A stretch of DNA of 64,000 nt, from positions 288,928 to 352,927 of the forward strand of contig JAZKFH010000013.1 in assembly GCA_040386535.1 (NCBI GenBank). The letters are read 5' to 3'. The position numbers and the translations under genes were made by a program. Shown here in pieces: positions 30,163 to 40,450 of this stretch. Within the stretch, counting starts at the first letter, position 1. Each line of letters opens with the position of its first letter. The notes under the pieces are model-generated. The model ran no database searches. It saw only the letters and a program-made list of their open reading frames with translations, and was not told where the DNA came from. Origin of the DNA: Myxococcota bacterium. GTDB taxonomy: Bacteria > Myxococcota_A > UBA796 > SXON01.

Positions 30163-32118
30163 CTACATCGACGTCCCGAGGAACACGTACACGATCCCGT
30201 CGCCTTCGGTGGTGTCGGGCGCGCCGAGCAGCAGCTCGGGGATGCCGTCGCCGTCGAGATCCGGGGCGGCCACGCCCTCGCCGAGGTCGTCCACGTAGGC
30301 GCCGCCGCCGAAGGCTGCGTCGGCGGACGACGTGTCGTAGGTGCCCCCGCGCGCGCCGCCGTGGAACAACCACGCGCCGTAGCCGCGGGCCCCGACGAGC
30401 AGCTCGGCGCCGTCGTATCCGTCGAGGTCGGGCACGAGCGTGGCCGCCGCGCCGAAGGCGGCGAACGCGGCCGGGCCCGCCAGCACCTGATCTGCGTCGG
30501 TGTCCGCCACGTCGCCGGCGTGGCGCGCGGCGCTCCCGGCGAAGACCCACACGGTGCCGCGCGAGCTCTGGTGCGTGGGCGAAGCCGCGATCACCTCGTC
30601 GTAGCCGTCGCCGTCGAGATCCCCGGCGAGCGCCACCTGCCCGAGGCCCACCGTGCCGGCCCCCGCGGGACCGACAAAACTCGCGTCCCAGTCGGCCAAG
30701 CGGCCGGCGCCGGTGTAGCGCGTCGCGTCGCCGTACAGGACGTGGAGCTCGCCCGGCGCGTCCGCGCCCGAGGAGCGGCCGTCCGCCTCGAAGGCGAGCA
30801 GATCGCGGAGGCCGTCTCCGTCGAGGTCCCCCGACGTGATGCCCGCGGCGTCGCCACCGGGGTCGGCCGCGGCGCCGCCGGACCAGCTCACGAGCGTGGA
30901 GGCGCCCACAGCGCCGGCGTACCGGGTGGGGCCGCCGTACGCGAGGTACACCGACGAGGCGTCGGCCAGGAGCAGATCGTCGAGGCCGTCCCCGTCGATG
31001 TCTCCGGCGGCGGCCACCGCGTCCCCGAGGCGGCCCTCCGCGGTGGCGCCCTCGAACACGGCGTCTCCCTGGGCCGCGGTGTCGCTCGCGCGCCAGGTGG
31101 GCCCGCCGTAGAAGAGGTGGGCCGCGCCCTCGCTGGCGGCGCCGGCGCACGACTGGCCGACCAGGACGTCCGCGAACCCGTCGCCGTCGACATCGCCGGC
31201 GGCGCTGACATCGTCGACACACGTGGCGAACGTCAGCTCGGTGAGCGTGGTGGCGCGCGTGTCGCCCGCGATCGAGGCGCTCCCCGGGAAGAGCCATACG
31301 CTTCCACTACTCGTCGCGCGGCTGCCCGTGGGGTTGCCCGCGGCGGCCACGAGCAGGTCGACGAAGCCGTCGCCGTCGATGTCCCCGGCGTCGGCCAGCC
31401 GCTCGCCGAAGTCCATGTTCGACGTGTCCCCGCGCACGGTGGCGTCGGCGTCGCTGACGTCGAGGCTGCCGGCCCACAGGCACACCCGGTCGGCGCCGTC
31501 ACAGTCCTGATCGACGCCGTCCCCGCACACCTCCGCGCCCGCGGGGGAGGCGGTCGCGTCCGCGTCGTCACAGTCGCCGGCGATGGCGGCTCCGCCGTCA
31601 CACACGACCACCGGGGCGCCGTCGTCGCCGAACCCGTCGCCGTCACGATCGGCGTACCCGGTCGGCGCATCCACCGCGTGTTCGTCCACCGAGCCGTCGC
31701 AGTCCTGATCGACCGCGTCGCACACCTCCGGCGCGCCGGGGAACACGGCGGCGTCGGCATCGTCGCAGTCGCCGTCGAGCGGCACGTGGTCGGTCGGCGG
31801 CTCACAGGCCACGACGGGGGCGCCGGCGCCGAAGCCGTCCGCGTCGTCGTCGAGCCAGTAGGAGGGGCACGGCGCGGGAATCTCGTCGGTTTCGGCCCCG
31901 GTGTCGATGCCGGCGCCCGTGTCCGTTCCGGTGTCCACCGCGGTGTCGCCATCGGAGGGCTCGTGATCGCCCGCCCCGCCCGTGTCGCCCTCGGGCGCCC
32001 CCGACGTGTCGTCGCCCCCGGCCGCCTCTCCCGTCGACCTGTCGCTCTGGTCGGCGGCGCCGGAGAGGGACGTGCCCCCCGTGGCGAAACACGCCAGCAG
32101 GGTGAGGGACAACAACAA
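30163..32118 (-). CDS. FG-GAP repeat lipoprotein with Cys/Asp metal-binding (MopE-related) repeats
   Basis: DCDD...PGAPEVCD..DQDCDG twice; multiple GD(I/L/V)DGDG repeats; TTG start uncertain. Confidence 0.88.
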   Translation of the reverse strand: MLLSLTLLACFATGGTSLSGAADQSDRSTGEAAGGDDTSGAPEGDTGGAGDHEPSDGDTAVDTGTDTGAGIDTGAETDEIPAPCPSYWLDDDADGFGAGAPVVACEPPTDHVPLDGDCDDADAAVFPGAPEVCDAVDQDCDGSVDEHAVDAPTGYADRDGDGFGDDGAPVVVCDGGAAIAGDCDDADATASPAGAEVCGDGVDQDCDGADRVCLWAGSLDVSDADATVRGDTSNMDFGERLADAGDIDGDGFVDLLVAAAGNPTGSRATSSGSVWLFPGSASIAGDTRATTLTELTFATCVDDVSAAGDVDGDGFADVLVGQSCAGAASEGAAHLFYGGPTWRASDTAAQGDAVFEGATAEGRLGDAVAAAGDIDGDGLDDLLLADASSVYLAYGGPTRYAGAVGASTLVSWSGGAAADPGGDAAGITSGDLDGDGLRDLLAFEADGRSSGADAPGELHVLYGDATRYTGAGRLADWDASFVGPAGAGTVGLGQVALAGDLDGDGYDEVIAASPTHQSSRGTVWVFAGSAARHAGDVADTDADQVLAGPAAFAAFGAAATLVPDLDGYDGAELLVGARGYGAWLFHGGARGGTYDTSSADAAFGGGAYVDDLGEGVAAPDLDGDGIPELLLGAPDTTEGDGIVYVFLGTSM

Positions 32119-32209
32119 GGGGGCGGCTCCGTTCGAGGTGCCACTATGGCCGCCCCGTGGGCCTCTCCGCTACCGCTTCCGCGCGCCGAACCACATTGTG
32201 ATCGCCGCG

Positions 32210-32797
32210 TCAAGGAGCGGTGAGAAGTTCTCCACGATTCTGCGACCGGCCCGCGACGGCCCAGAAGCTGGCGCCCTGCCGGTGACCGCTGGCGGTCTGG
32301 GCGTCGTAGTCGTGTTGCGCCCGCCCGAGCCCGTCGAGGATGCGCGCGCCCGCCTCGTCCGCCCCCGCGCACCCGGCGTCCGCGATGACGCGCTCGGCGT
32401 CGTGCGCGAAGGTGTGTACGACATCGACATGGCCCTGCTCGTGGCGCCGCAGCGCCCGGAACCAGGCGTCCCACTCGGCGACCAGCGCGGGGTCGGCCTC
32501 GGGCGGGGCCGCCCATCGGGGGAGCTCGACGGTGACCGACGCATCCACGTTGGCGCCCGCCACGCCGCAGGCGTCGGTGCCGTCCCGCACCCAGCTCCAG
32601 TCCACCCGCCACGACGTCAGCGACGCGACCGCCGTGCCCGCTTCGTCGCGCGGGCAGTCCCGGAGACACGACTCGAGAAGGTCGATGCGATCGACGCCCT
32701 CGAGATCGAACCACTCCACCTGCGCGCCCTCGATGAGCGGGGCGGGCGGCGGGGCGATCGGAGGCGGGGGGACACAGCCGACGAGCAGGAGGAACAT
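32210..32797 (-). CDS. DUF922-like Zn-dependent protease, lipoprotein
   Basis: MFLLLVGC start; LPRW; HEQGH; YD..T..G..QG. Confidence 0.82.
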   Translation of the reverse strand: MFLLLVGCVPPPPIAPPPAPLIEGAQVEWFDLEGVDRIDLLESCLRDCPRDEAGTAVASLTSWRVDWSWVRDGTDACGVAGANVDASVTVELPRWAAPPEADPALVAEWDAWFRALRRHEQGHVDVVHTFAHDAERVIADAGCAGADEAGARILDGLGRAQHDYDAQTASGHRQGASFWAVAGRSQNRGELLTAP

Positions 32798-32902
32798 CGG
32801 CCGGCGCTCCGTTGCTCCCACTGTAGCCGCGCCGTCGCGCGGGTTCCCACTTCTCTTCGAGCCGTGACGGTTAGAGCGGCCGCCCCCTCCACTGGAGCGC
32901 TC

Positions 32903-33253
32903 ATGTCCGTCACCGTCTACGGGATCTCGACCTGCGACACCGTCAAGAAGGCGCGCAAGTGGCTCGACGATCACGGCATCGTCCACACCTGGGTCGACTT
33001 CCGCGCCACTCCGCCCGAGGCCGCGCGCGTGGCGCGCTGGGTCGCGACGTTCGGCACGCCACCGATGCGCAACACCAGCGGCGGTGCGTACCGCGCGCTC
33101 GGGGACGAGAAGGCCGGCTGGGACGACGCGCGCTGGACCGCGGCCTTCCAGGGCGACGTGATGCTCGTGAAGCGGCCGATCGTGGAGGTGGACGGGGTGC
33201 CCGCGCTCGTGGGCTTCCGCGAAGAGGCCTACGCCCAGCGGTTCACGAAGTAG
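32903..33253 (+). CDS. ArsC/Spx (YffB-like) family protein
   Basis: VYGISTCDTVKKARKWL, LVKRPI, VGF; GGAG RBS. Confidence 0.92.
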   Translation: MSVTVYGISTCDTVKKARKWLDDHGIVHTWVDFRATPPEAARVARWVATFGTPPMRNTSGGAYRALGDEKAGWDDARWTAAFQGDVMLVKRPIVEVDGVPALVGFREEAYAQRFTK

Positions 33254-33285
33254 CCGGCACCTCGCCCGCAAGCGCTCCGCGCCCG

Positions 33286-35337
33286 TCACCGTGCGGGGCG
33301 CACGACCCCGCCGTCGAGCGGCACCCCGTCGATCGAGACACGCCAGTACCAGGCGCGGGTATCGACGAGAGGCAGGCGGACGCGAAGCACCCCGGTTGTG
33401 TCCACCGCGAGATCGTCCGATTGAACCGGCGGTGTATCGCGTGTATCATCCAGGGTGGCCTCGGCGCGGACCTGCGCGCCGGGCCGCGCGTCGATCCTGA
33501 ACGCGACCAGCGCCGGTGATACACGCGACACATGGGCGGGATGTGTCGGCGGCACGGCGGCCACGCCGGCGCCCGCTCCGATCGTGAAGCTGAGCGACTG
33601 GGCGAAGGTGGCGGGCTCCCCCGTGACGGGGGAGGCGATGCTGTCGGTGACCCGCACGAGCGTGTAGAACGTGCCGGCCTCGGTGGGGGTGCCGGTGATC
33701 ACGCCGTCTCCGCCGAGGGTGAGGCCCGTCGGGAGGGCGCCGCTCACGGTCGACCACACGAGCGGCGCGGTGCCGCCCCACGCCGTGAGGGTGGCGCTGT
33801 AGGGCACCCCGACCGTGCCCGGATCCCCGGCGCGGGTGGTCACGGCGAGGGAGCGGTGCTCGTCCACCCACGCGCCGAAGCCCACCACATCGGCGTCCTC
33901 CGGGGGCGCGGCGTCCAGGCTGTCGAGCTCGGCGGGATCGGCCCACAGGTCGTACAGCTCGGTCTCGCCGTTGCCCCACTCCACGTACTTCCACCGCTCG
34001 GTCACGAGGCCCGCCCACACCGGGTGGTTCCCCACCGACGTCTCGAGGAAGACGTGGTCGCGGTGCTCGGGCGTGGTGGGGTCGATCAGCGCGCGGGACA
34101 GGCCATGGCCGCCGCCCGAGCGTGGGATCCCGGCGATCTCGGCGATCGTGGCGGGTAGATCCAGGTTCATCGCGACGAGGCGCTCGTCCTCGCGCGGCAC
34201 CGCGCCCGGGGAGCGGATCAGGATCGGCACGCGCACGGCCTCTTCGTACGCCACCCCCTTCGCGCCGAGCCGGTGCTCGCCGTGCAGGTGGCCGTTGTCG
34301 CCCGCGAACACGAGCACGGTGCGGTCGAGCAGATCGCGGCTCTCCAGCCCGTCGAGCAGCTCTCCGACCGCGCGGTCGAGCGACATCAGGTTGTCGAGCA
34401 TCAGCCGCGTCTCGCCGTCGAGGGTGATGCGCGCGTCATCGTCGAGCAGGGTTCGCTGGATCCAGAGCGGCTTGTCCGACACGTCCAGCTCGTCGTACGA
34501 GGGGGGGCGCGGCGAGTAGTCGACCCAGCTGTCACGGTCCTCGTTCTCGGGTTGCCCGTAGATGTGGGGCGACTGCGGCGTGAGCAGGACGAACGTGGGC
34601 TCGTCCGGGTTCGCGTCGAGGAAGGTCAGCGCCTCGGCGAACAGCCACCCGGTGAGGTGCTCGCCGCCCGTCGTCTCCGCCACGCCGACCCCCGCGGCGT
34701 CGGAGGTGCTCGACCCGCGTACGAGCGCGGCGTCGTAGCTGGTGCCGAGCGAGGTGGCGGCGAGGAACAGGTCCCACCCAGGAGGCACGTACGGGGCCAC
34801 GGAGGCGTCGTAACCGTTCAGGTACTTGCCGAGGAGCGCGGTGCGGTAGCCGGCGGTCTGGAGGCGCGTGGCGAGCGTGTCCTCGTCGTGAAACAGGGCC
34901 ATCCCGCCGTTCGGAAAGTCGTTGGCCTGGACGCCCGTGTGCGCGGGGTACTCGCCGCCCGAGAGGAAGCTCGCGCGCACGGGGCAGCAGAGCGGCACGG
35001 TCGTGTAGGCGCGCGTGAAGCGCACGCAGTCGGGCGCGAGGCGGTCCATGACCGTCGGCATCGCCCAGAGGTAGTTGTCGCCGAGATCGTCGGCGAGGAT
35101 GAGGATCACGATCTTCGGCGGCGCCGGTTCTCCGGTGTCGGTGTCGCCGGTCTCCCCCGTCTCCCCGGTCTCGGCGGTCTCCCCCGACTCGTCGGTGTCG
35201 GGCGGGGCGCTGTCGGGCAGGGCCGTCTCGCCGATCGGCGTGGAGTCGTGGGGCTTCGGCTCGGTGCAGCCGAGGAGCCCGGTCACGACGACGGTGAGCG
35301 CCAACAGGCTGATTCGGATTGGGCTAATTTCCGACAT
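33286..35337 (-). CDS. Sulfatase lipoprotein with a C-terminal Ig-like domain
   Basis: LADD, CCPVRAS (CxPxR), GKYLN, DNG, ELYDL..DP; GALPTGLTL...GTPT Ig repeat. Confidence 0.92.
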   Translation of the reverse strand: MSEISPIRISLLALTVVVTGLLGCTEPKPHDSTPIGETALPDSAPPDTDESGETAETGETGETGDTDTGEPAPPKIVILILADDLGDNYLWAMPTVMDRLAPDCVRFTRAYTTVPLCCPVRASFLSGGEYPAHTGVQANDFPNGGMALFHDEDTLATRLQTAGYRTALLGKYLNGYDASVAPYVPPGWDLFLAATSLGTSYDAALVRGSSTSDAAGVGVAETTGGEHLTGWLFAEALTFLDANPDEPTFVLLTPQSPHIYGQPENEDRDSWVDYSPRPPSYDELDVSDKPLWIQRTLLDDDARITLDGETRLMLDNLMSLDRAVGELLDGLESRDLLDRTVLVFAGDNGHLHGEHRLGAKGVAYEEAVRVPILIRSPGAVPREDERLVAMNLDLPATIAEIAGIPRSGGGHGLSRALIDPTTPEHRDHVFLETSVGNHPVWAGLVTERWKYVEWGNGETELYDLWADPAELDSLDAAPPEDADVVGFGAWVDEHRSLAVTTRAGDPGTVGVPYSATLTAWGGTAPLVWSTVSGALPTGLTLGGDGVITGTPTEAGTFYTLVRVTDSIASPVTGEPATFAQSLSFTIGAGAGVAAVPPTHPAHVSRVSPALVAFRIDARPGAQVRAEATLDDTRDTPPVQSDDLAVDTTGVLRVRLPLVDTRAWYWRVSIDGVPLDGGVVRPAR

Positions 35338-36790
35338 GGAGGTCCATCCAGGCGGCGCGGTCGAGCGTCCACGCCTCGAGCCACGTGATCTCGTCGTCCC
35401 AGGTCGCGCCGACGTAGTAGTTCGGGTCGACGTAGGTGCCGATCGTGCCCCACCGCGCGCCGTCCCGCACCTGGGCGTCCTGCAGCTCGGCCTTCATCGC
35501 GGCGATGCGCTCGTGGAGGCCAGCGTTGGAGAGCAGATCGGCGCGGAGCTCCTCCCAGCGCGCGAGCAGGCGCGCCTGGAACACCGGATCCTCGCGGAGC
35601 CGCTCCCACCACATCGGGAACTGGGCGGCTTCGCCGCACCGATCCAGGCTGTCGTAGATCCAGCCCTGGGCGTTCCATGTCTCGCAGTAGTTGCAGTTCC
35701 CGAACGCGCGGTCAAAATCCCAGAGCGGGCCGGCCCGCAACACGCCGGTGCCGGGCGGCCCGTCGACCCAGAGGAACGCGGAGAGCCGGTAGGCGTCGAT
35801 GTTGTGGGTGAGCTCGTTCAGCAGCCAGTGGTCGATCCACGCGTCGACGTCGATCCACGCGGGGTAGCCGACCACGGGATCGGCGAAGGTCTCCGCGGAG
35901 AGCGCGGCCTCCAGCCCGTCGAACCACGCGAGCAGGTAGGCAGCCTCGGCCTCGGTGACGCTCGCCGTCTTCGGCGACACCCAGTCGATGGGCGTGCCGA
36001 GCGTGGTGTCGAAGCCGGCGCTGCGGTGCTGGTCGACCTTGACGATGAAGCCGCCCGCGACCGACCCGTCGGCCAGGGTGGTCTTCTGGATGTCGAGGCG
36101 GTCGGATTCGCGGGAGATGCGCTCCACGAGCACGTAGACACCGCGGTAGTCGCCGTTGAGCACGAGCTCGACGAACTGGGTGCGCGGCTCCCACCGCCCC
36201 GCGGCCTCGGCGGCGTCGCGGCCAAGGCCGTAGGCGAGCGCGTTCCGCATGAAGGTCTTGTCGGAGTAGGGCGCGTGGAGCACCCAGTCGCTCCCGGCCG
36301 GCAGGCCCACGAGTGGGCAGTCGTCGTCCTCGCCCGCGCCGTCGCGGCACTCGAATTTGTAGCCCAGCTTCGGATAGCTGGTGGACGACGAGCCGTGGAT
36401 CTCGATGCCGATGGCGCTCACGTAGGCGACCGGCGCGGCGGCGAGGTCTTCGAGGGTGCCGTCGTGGTCCTCGTACACGGTCAGGAACCCGTCGGTCTTC
36501 TCGGCGTCGCCGATGGCGTCCTCCACGTGGAGGACGAGGACGGGGAGGTGGGCGAAGGGGACGGGGGTGTCGGCCGTGTCGGTCGCTGTATCGGGGCCCG
36601 ATGTATCGGTGTCGGTGTCCGATGTATCGATGTCGGTGTCCGATGTGTCGGTGTCGGTATCCGATGTATCGGTGTCGGCGGGGTCGGTGTCCACGAGGCC
36701 CGAGTCCTCGGGATCGGGGCGACCGGTCGAGACGGTGCCGGAGGAGCAGGCCACGAGGGCCAGCGTCGGGAGGAGGAGGAGGAGGAGCAC
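35324..36790 (-). CDS. CotH kinase family lipoprotein with DTS linker
   Basis: GSSS..YPK, DKTFMRN, NGDYRGVY..E, GPLWDFD; GTG start at 36790 (or 36805). Confidence 0.9.
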   Translation of the reverse strand: MLLLLLLPTLALVACSSGTVSTGRPDPEDSGLVDTDPADTDTSDTDTDTSDTDIDTSDTDTDTSGPDTATDTADTPVPFAHLPVLVLHVEDAIGDAEKTDGFLTVYEDHDGTLEDLAAAPVAYVSAIGIEIHGSSSTSYPKLGYKFECRDGAGEDDDCPLVGLPAGSDWVLHAPYSDKTFMRNALAYGLGRDAAEAAGRWEPRTQFVELVLNGDYRGVYVLVERISRESDRLDIQKTTLADGSVAGGFIVKVDQHRSAGFDTTLGTPIDWVSPKTASVTEAEAAYLLAWFDGLEAALSAETFADPVVGYPAWIDVDAWIDHWLLNELTHNIDAYRLSAFLWVDGPPGTGVLRAGPLWDFDRAFGNCNYCETWNAQGWIYDSLDRCGEAAQFPMWWERLREDPVFQARLLARWEELRADLLSNAGLHERIAAMKAELQDAQVRDGARWGTIGTYVDPNYYVGATWDDEITWLEAWTLDRAAWMDLHVGN

Positions 36791-37226
36791 GCCGAGAGTA
36801 TGCACCGGCGGGCTGTGGATGAGGCGGTTTTCGTGGCGCGCGGCGGGGAAGGGTTGGCTTTGCCGTTCGTGATTGGTCCGCGGATGCCGGGAGGCGCGGT
36901 GTGGCGGTCGACGGGAGGGAAGGGGTGGCCCGGATGGTGTGGTCTCGTGGGCGGCCGGCTACTTCCGCGCTTCCCTGACGGCGCCCTCACTCGCACCCGT
37001 CACGAAGCCTCCCCTCGGGAGTGGCACGCGATTCTGGTGGAGCCCCGGGCGCAGCGCGACTCCGACCGGCTCGGGGAGACAGCGGCGCTTGCGGACGAGA
37101 GCCGAGCCGCGGCCGCTCGAGGCGGAGGCCGACGCGGTTCCCACGATCGAGAGGGGCGAGAACCTGTGACTGGGCTTTCCATTGGAGACGCGGGGGGCCC
37201 AGCTCCGGAAGCGAGGAGCGGGGCGA

Positions 37227-37376
37227 CCGTCGGAACTCGGGGGATGCGCGCCTATCCCGTCACTTCGGACGGTATGTCCGTCCGAAGTCGGGGGATGCGC
37301 CCCTATCCCGTCACTTCGGACGGTATATCCGTCTGAACTCGGGGGATGCGCGCCCATCCCCTCACTTCGGACGGTA
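37227..37376. repeat. Three tandem 51-bp hairpin units
   Basis: CCGTCCGAAGT...GGGAT...ATCCC...ACTTCGGACGG at 37227, 37278, 37329. Confidence 0.93.
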
Positions 37377-37765
37377 GGCCCGCGCCATGCCCGTGGATCA
37401 CCCTCAGCGCGGTGGACTCCAGCTCCGAGTGCACGCTACGGGCAAACTCCTCGGCGCCACTGCGAAGGTCAGAACGGCTTCGAGCGGCTGCACGCCCTCG
37501 GAGTCCGCCGATACTTCGGTCGTAGTCCCGACGAGTCCGTGAGCTTGCGTGGGCGAACGGTCCCCGATCGGTCGCGGGCCTTCTCCGCCAACGGCGCGGA
37601 GGGCAGCCGCCCCGGGCGGCTGGTCCGGCCGGGCGCGCCGATGACGCGAGCACCCGGAAGGTTCCCCCGGCCGACCGAGCGGCTCTGCCGCGAAGCCCGG
37701 AGCCGACCTGCCGCGTCCGCGCGGGGCGCCTCCGAGCCGAGCCGCCACTTTCTGCTCCTTTCAAT

Positions 37766-37794
37766 TTGAAAACGAAAATGAAAGTCATTATCAT
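37766..37794 (+). promoter_or_regulatory. Sigma70-type promoter overlapped by a Fur box
   Basis: TTGAAA (37766-71), 17 bp, TATCAT (37789-94). TGAAAGT-C-ATTATCA (37779-93) matches 12/14 of the 7-1-7 Fur consensus. AT-rich island in front of heme uptake genes. Confidence 0.85.
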
Positions 37795-37800
37795 CAAGAC

Positions 37801-39777
37801 ATGCTCGCCTCGCTGCTCGTCGCCCCCGTGCTCGCCGCCTCCGTGCCGGAGGAGCCCGCGGACGCGCGCCAAGCCCCGGAGCCCGCGGGCGAGCGCCCGG
37901 TGGACACCACCTGTGTCGACCGCGCCGGGGCGTGCGAGGAGGTGGTCGTGGCCTCGCGCGCCGCACAGTCGCGGGCGGACACCACCGCGGCGGTGCAGGT
38001 GCTCGACCGGGCGCGGATCGAGGCGTCGGGGGTGGCCACCGTCGGCGCGCTGCTCCGGACGGTGCCCGGGGTTCAGATCACGACGACCCATGGCGGCACC
38101 GCCGTGCGCCAGCAGGGGATGGACCCGAAACACACGCTGATCCTGGTGGATGGGCGGCCCGTGGCCGGCCGCGTGGACGGCACGTTCGATCTGGACCGCC
38201 TGCCGCTCGCGGACATCGAGCGCGTCGAGATCCTGTCCGGGCCGGCGAGCGCGCTGTACGGCTCCGAGGCCCTCGGCGGGGTGATCTCGATCGTCACGCG
38301 GCGCGGCGGCGGACCCGCGCGGGTGGAGGTGTCGGCGCGCGTGGGCGAGCGGCGGCTGGTCGAGGCCGGCGCGGGCGTGTCGGGGGGCGCGGGGGCGTTC
38401 TCGGGGCGGGTCTCTGCCAACGTGCGCGGCGAGGCCGGCTACGACCTCGATCCCGTCGACGTAGCGACGTCGGGGGACGCGATCGACGTGGCGGGCGTGC
38501 GCGGGTCGGCGCGGTTCGACCCGGCGGGCGCGTGGTCGGTGGAGGCGGACGGGGCCTGGCAGCGGCGCGAAGGGAAGGGGATCGACGCGACGGCCACGGG
38601 CGCGGTGTTCGACCGGCATGCGCTGGAGGAGTCGGCGGACGTGGCGGTCACGACGGAGCGGTGGCCGGGCGGCGCCCATGTGTCGCGGGCCACGCTGTCG
38701 GGCACGCTCTGGCGTCAGCAGCTGCTCTCGGATCAGCGCGGGTCCGACGTGTCCGACGTGTGGGCAGAGTCGCTCGATCGGCGCCTGACCCTGGCGCTGT
38801 CGCACCGCTTCGTGGCGGGCCGCCACTTTGTCGTCGGGGGCGTGGACGGCACCGCGGAGGCGCTCGACTCCGACCGGGTGGCCGGCGGGCACGCCGATCG
38901 CCTGCGCCTCGCCCTCTACGCCCAGGACGACTGGCGCCTCACCGACAGCCCGCGTGTGTCGGTGTCGCCGGGCGCGCGCCTCGATCTGGACGAGCTGTTC
39001 GGCTGGCACGCGACGCCCCACCTCGCGGTGCGGGTGGATCCCGTCCCCTCGCTCACGCTGCGGGCCTCGGGCGGGCAGGGCTGGCGCGCCCCCGACTTCC
39101 GCGAGATGTTCCTCTGGCTCGATCACGCCGGCTATGGCTACGTCGTGGAGGGCAACCCGGCGCTCGGCCCCGAGGCGAGCTGGGGCGTGACCGGGGAGGC
39201 GCGGTGGGCGCCCGTCGTCGCCAGTGGTCGGGCAGCCGGCCCGCGTGCGCCCGTGTCGCTCTCCGTCGGCGGGTGGTGGAACGAGGTGCAGGACCTCGTG
39301 GACGTCACGCTGCTGGAGGAGGGGACCGCCGGGAGCCCCGCCCGCTACACCTACGGGAACGTGGCGCGCGCGGTCACGCGCGGCGGGGAGGCCGGCGTGA
39401 CGCTCGCCCTCGGCGACCGGCTCTCCGTCGAGGCCGGCTACACGTTCACCGACGCCCGCGATCGCGCCGACGACCGGCCGCTCGACGGCCGGGCGCCACA
39501 TCGTGTCGCCGGATCGTTCTCCACCACGCCGTTGTCGTGGCCGCTCACGTTGTCCACGAACGCAGAGTGGATGGGGCCGCGCCCCTACACGGACGACGCG
39601 GACGTGACGACGTGGACCGCGCCCACCGTGCTGGTCGACGCACGGTTGTCGCTGCGTGTCGGCACACACCTCGAGCTCGAGACGGGCGTCCGCAACGCGC
39701 TTGACGCGCGCGACGAGGAGACCCTCGGGCTGGCACCGCGCACGTTCTACGCCGGGCTCACCGCCCGCGGGCCCTGA
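37801..39777 (+). CDS. TonB-dependent receptor (heme operon)
   Basis: EEVVVAS, TLILVDG, IERVEILSGPASALYGSEALGGVI plug, GNPAL.PE. Confidence 0.93.
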   Translation: MLASLLVAPVLAASVPEEPADARQAPEPAGERPVDTTCVDRAGACEEVVVASRAAQSRADTTAAVQVLDRARIEASGVATVGALLRTVPGVQITTTHGGTAVRQQGMDPKHTLILVDGRPVAGRVDGTFDLDRLPLADIERVEILSGPASALYGSEALGGVISIVTRRGGGPARVEVSARVGERRLVEAGAGVSGGAGAFSGRVSANVRGEAGYDLDPVDVATSGDAIDVAGVRGSARFDPAGAWSVEADGAWQRREGKGIDATATGAVFDRHALEESADVAVTTERWPGGAHVSRATLSGTLWRQQLLSDQRGSDVSDVWAESLDRRLTLALSHRFVAGRHFVVGGVDGTAEALDSDRVAGGHADRLRLALYAQDDWRLTDSPRVSVSPGARLDLDELFGWHATPHLAVRVDPVPSLTLRASGGQGWRAPDFREMFLWLDHAGYGYVVEGNPALGPEASWGVTGEARWAPVVASGRAAGPRAPVSLSVGGWWNEVQDLVDVTLLEEGTAGSPARYTYGNVARAVTRGGEAGVTLALGDRLSVEAGYTFTDARDRADDRPLDGRAPHRVAGSFSTTPLSWPLTLSTNAEWMGPRPYTDDADVTTWTAPTVLVDARLSLRVGTHLELETGVRNALDARDEETLGLAPRTFYAGLTARGP

Positions 39778-39815
39778 TTCAAACCCTTTCCGTCAACCAA
39801 GCACACAGGATCTAC

Positions 39816-40448
39816 ATGCATTTCGCTCTTCCCTTGTTCCTCCTGACGGCCTGCGCGCCCGACATCCGCGACACCGACGGCGACGGCGATCTGGACGTGG
39901 CGGCCGACACCGATACATCCGACACCGATACATCCGACACGGGTGATACAATTGATACATCCGACACCGAAGACACCGACGACACATCCCCGCCCGCCGG
40001 GCGGATCACCGCCGTGGACGAGGGCGGTGGCGTCACGCTCGTGGAGGTCGAGGGCACCGGCGAGAGCGACTTCGTGCACTTCGACTTCGCGTCGGCCGGC
40101 GAGGTGGCCGCGACGGACGGCTGGGAGCTCGCGTTCCAGCGATACACCGTGCGGGTGAACGGGGGAACCTCGGGCGACGGCGGGGTGGAGATCGCGGCGA
40201 TCAAGGGGGTGGCGTTCGACGCGGTCGACGCCGCTCCCGCGAGCGGGTGGCGCACCGACACCGGCGAGGCGCTCGCGCTGGACGACTGGTACGACTACGA
40301 CGGCGCCACGCACGTGCTCACGGCCGCCGACCGCGTCTACGTCGTGCGGAACGGCGCCGGCGAGGCCTGGAAGCTGGCGTTCGTGGACTACTACGACGAC
40401 GCGGGCAACTCGGGCTTCCCCAGCTTCCGCTGGGCCGGATTGGAGTGA
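39816..40448 (+). CDS. hmuY: HmuY family heme-binding lipoprotein
   Basis: LTAC lipobox; WELAFQRY.VRVNGGTSG, WYDYD..TH, KL.F.DYY...G.SG. Confidence 0.85.
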   Translation: MHFALPLFLLTACAPDIRDTDGDGDLDVAADTDTSDTDTSDTGDTIDTSDTEDTDDTSPPAGRITAVDEGGGVTLVEVEGTGESDFVHFDFASAGEVAATDGWELAFQRYTVRVNGGTSGDGGVEIAAIKGVAFDAVDAAPASGWRTDTGEALALDDWYDYDGATHVLTAADRVYVVRNGAGEAWKLAFVDYYDDAGNSGFPSFRWAGLE

Positions 40449-40450
40449 CC

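Noticed and set aside
37182..37769. ORF with 17-aa repeats (ELGGCAPIPSLRTV)
   Set aside because: A translation of the 51-bp DNA hairpin repeat; several frames are open and none shows coding bias.
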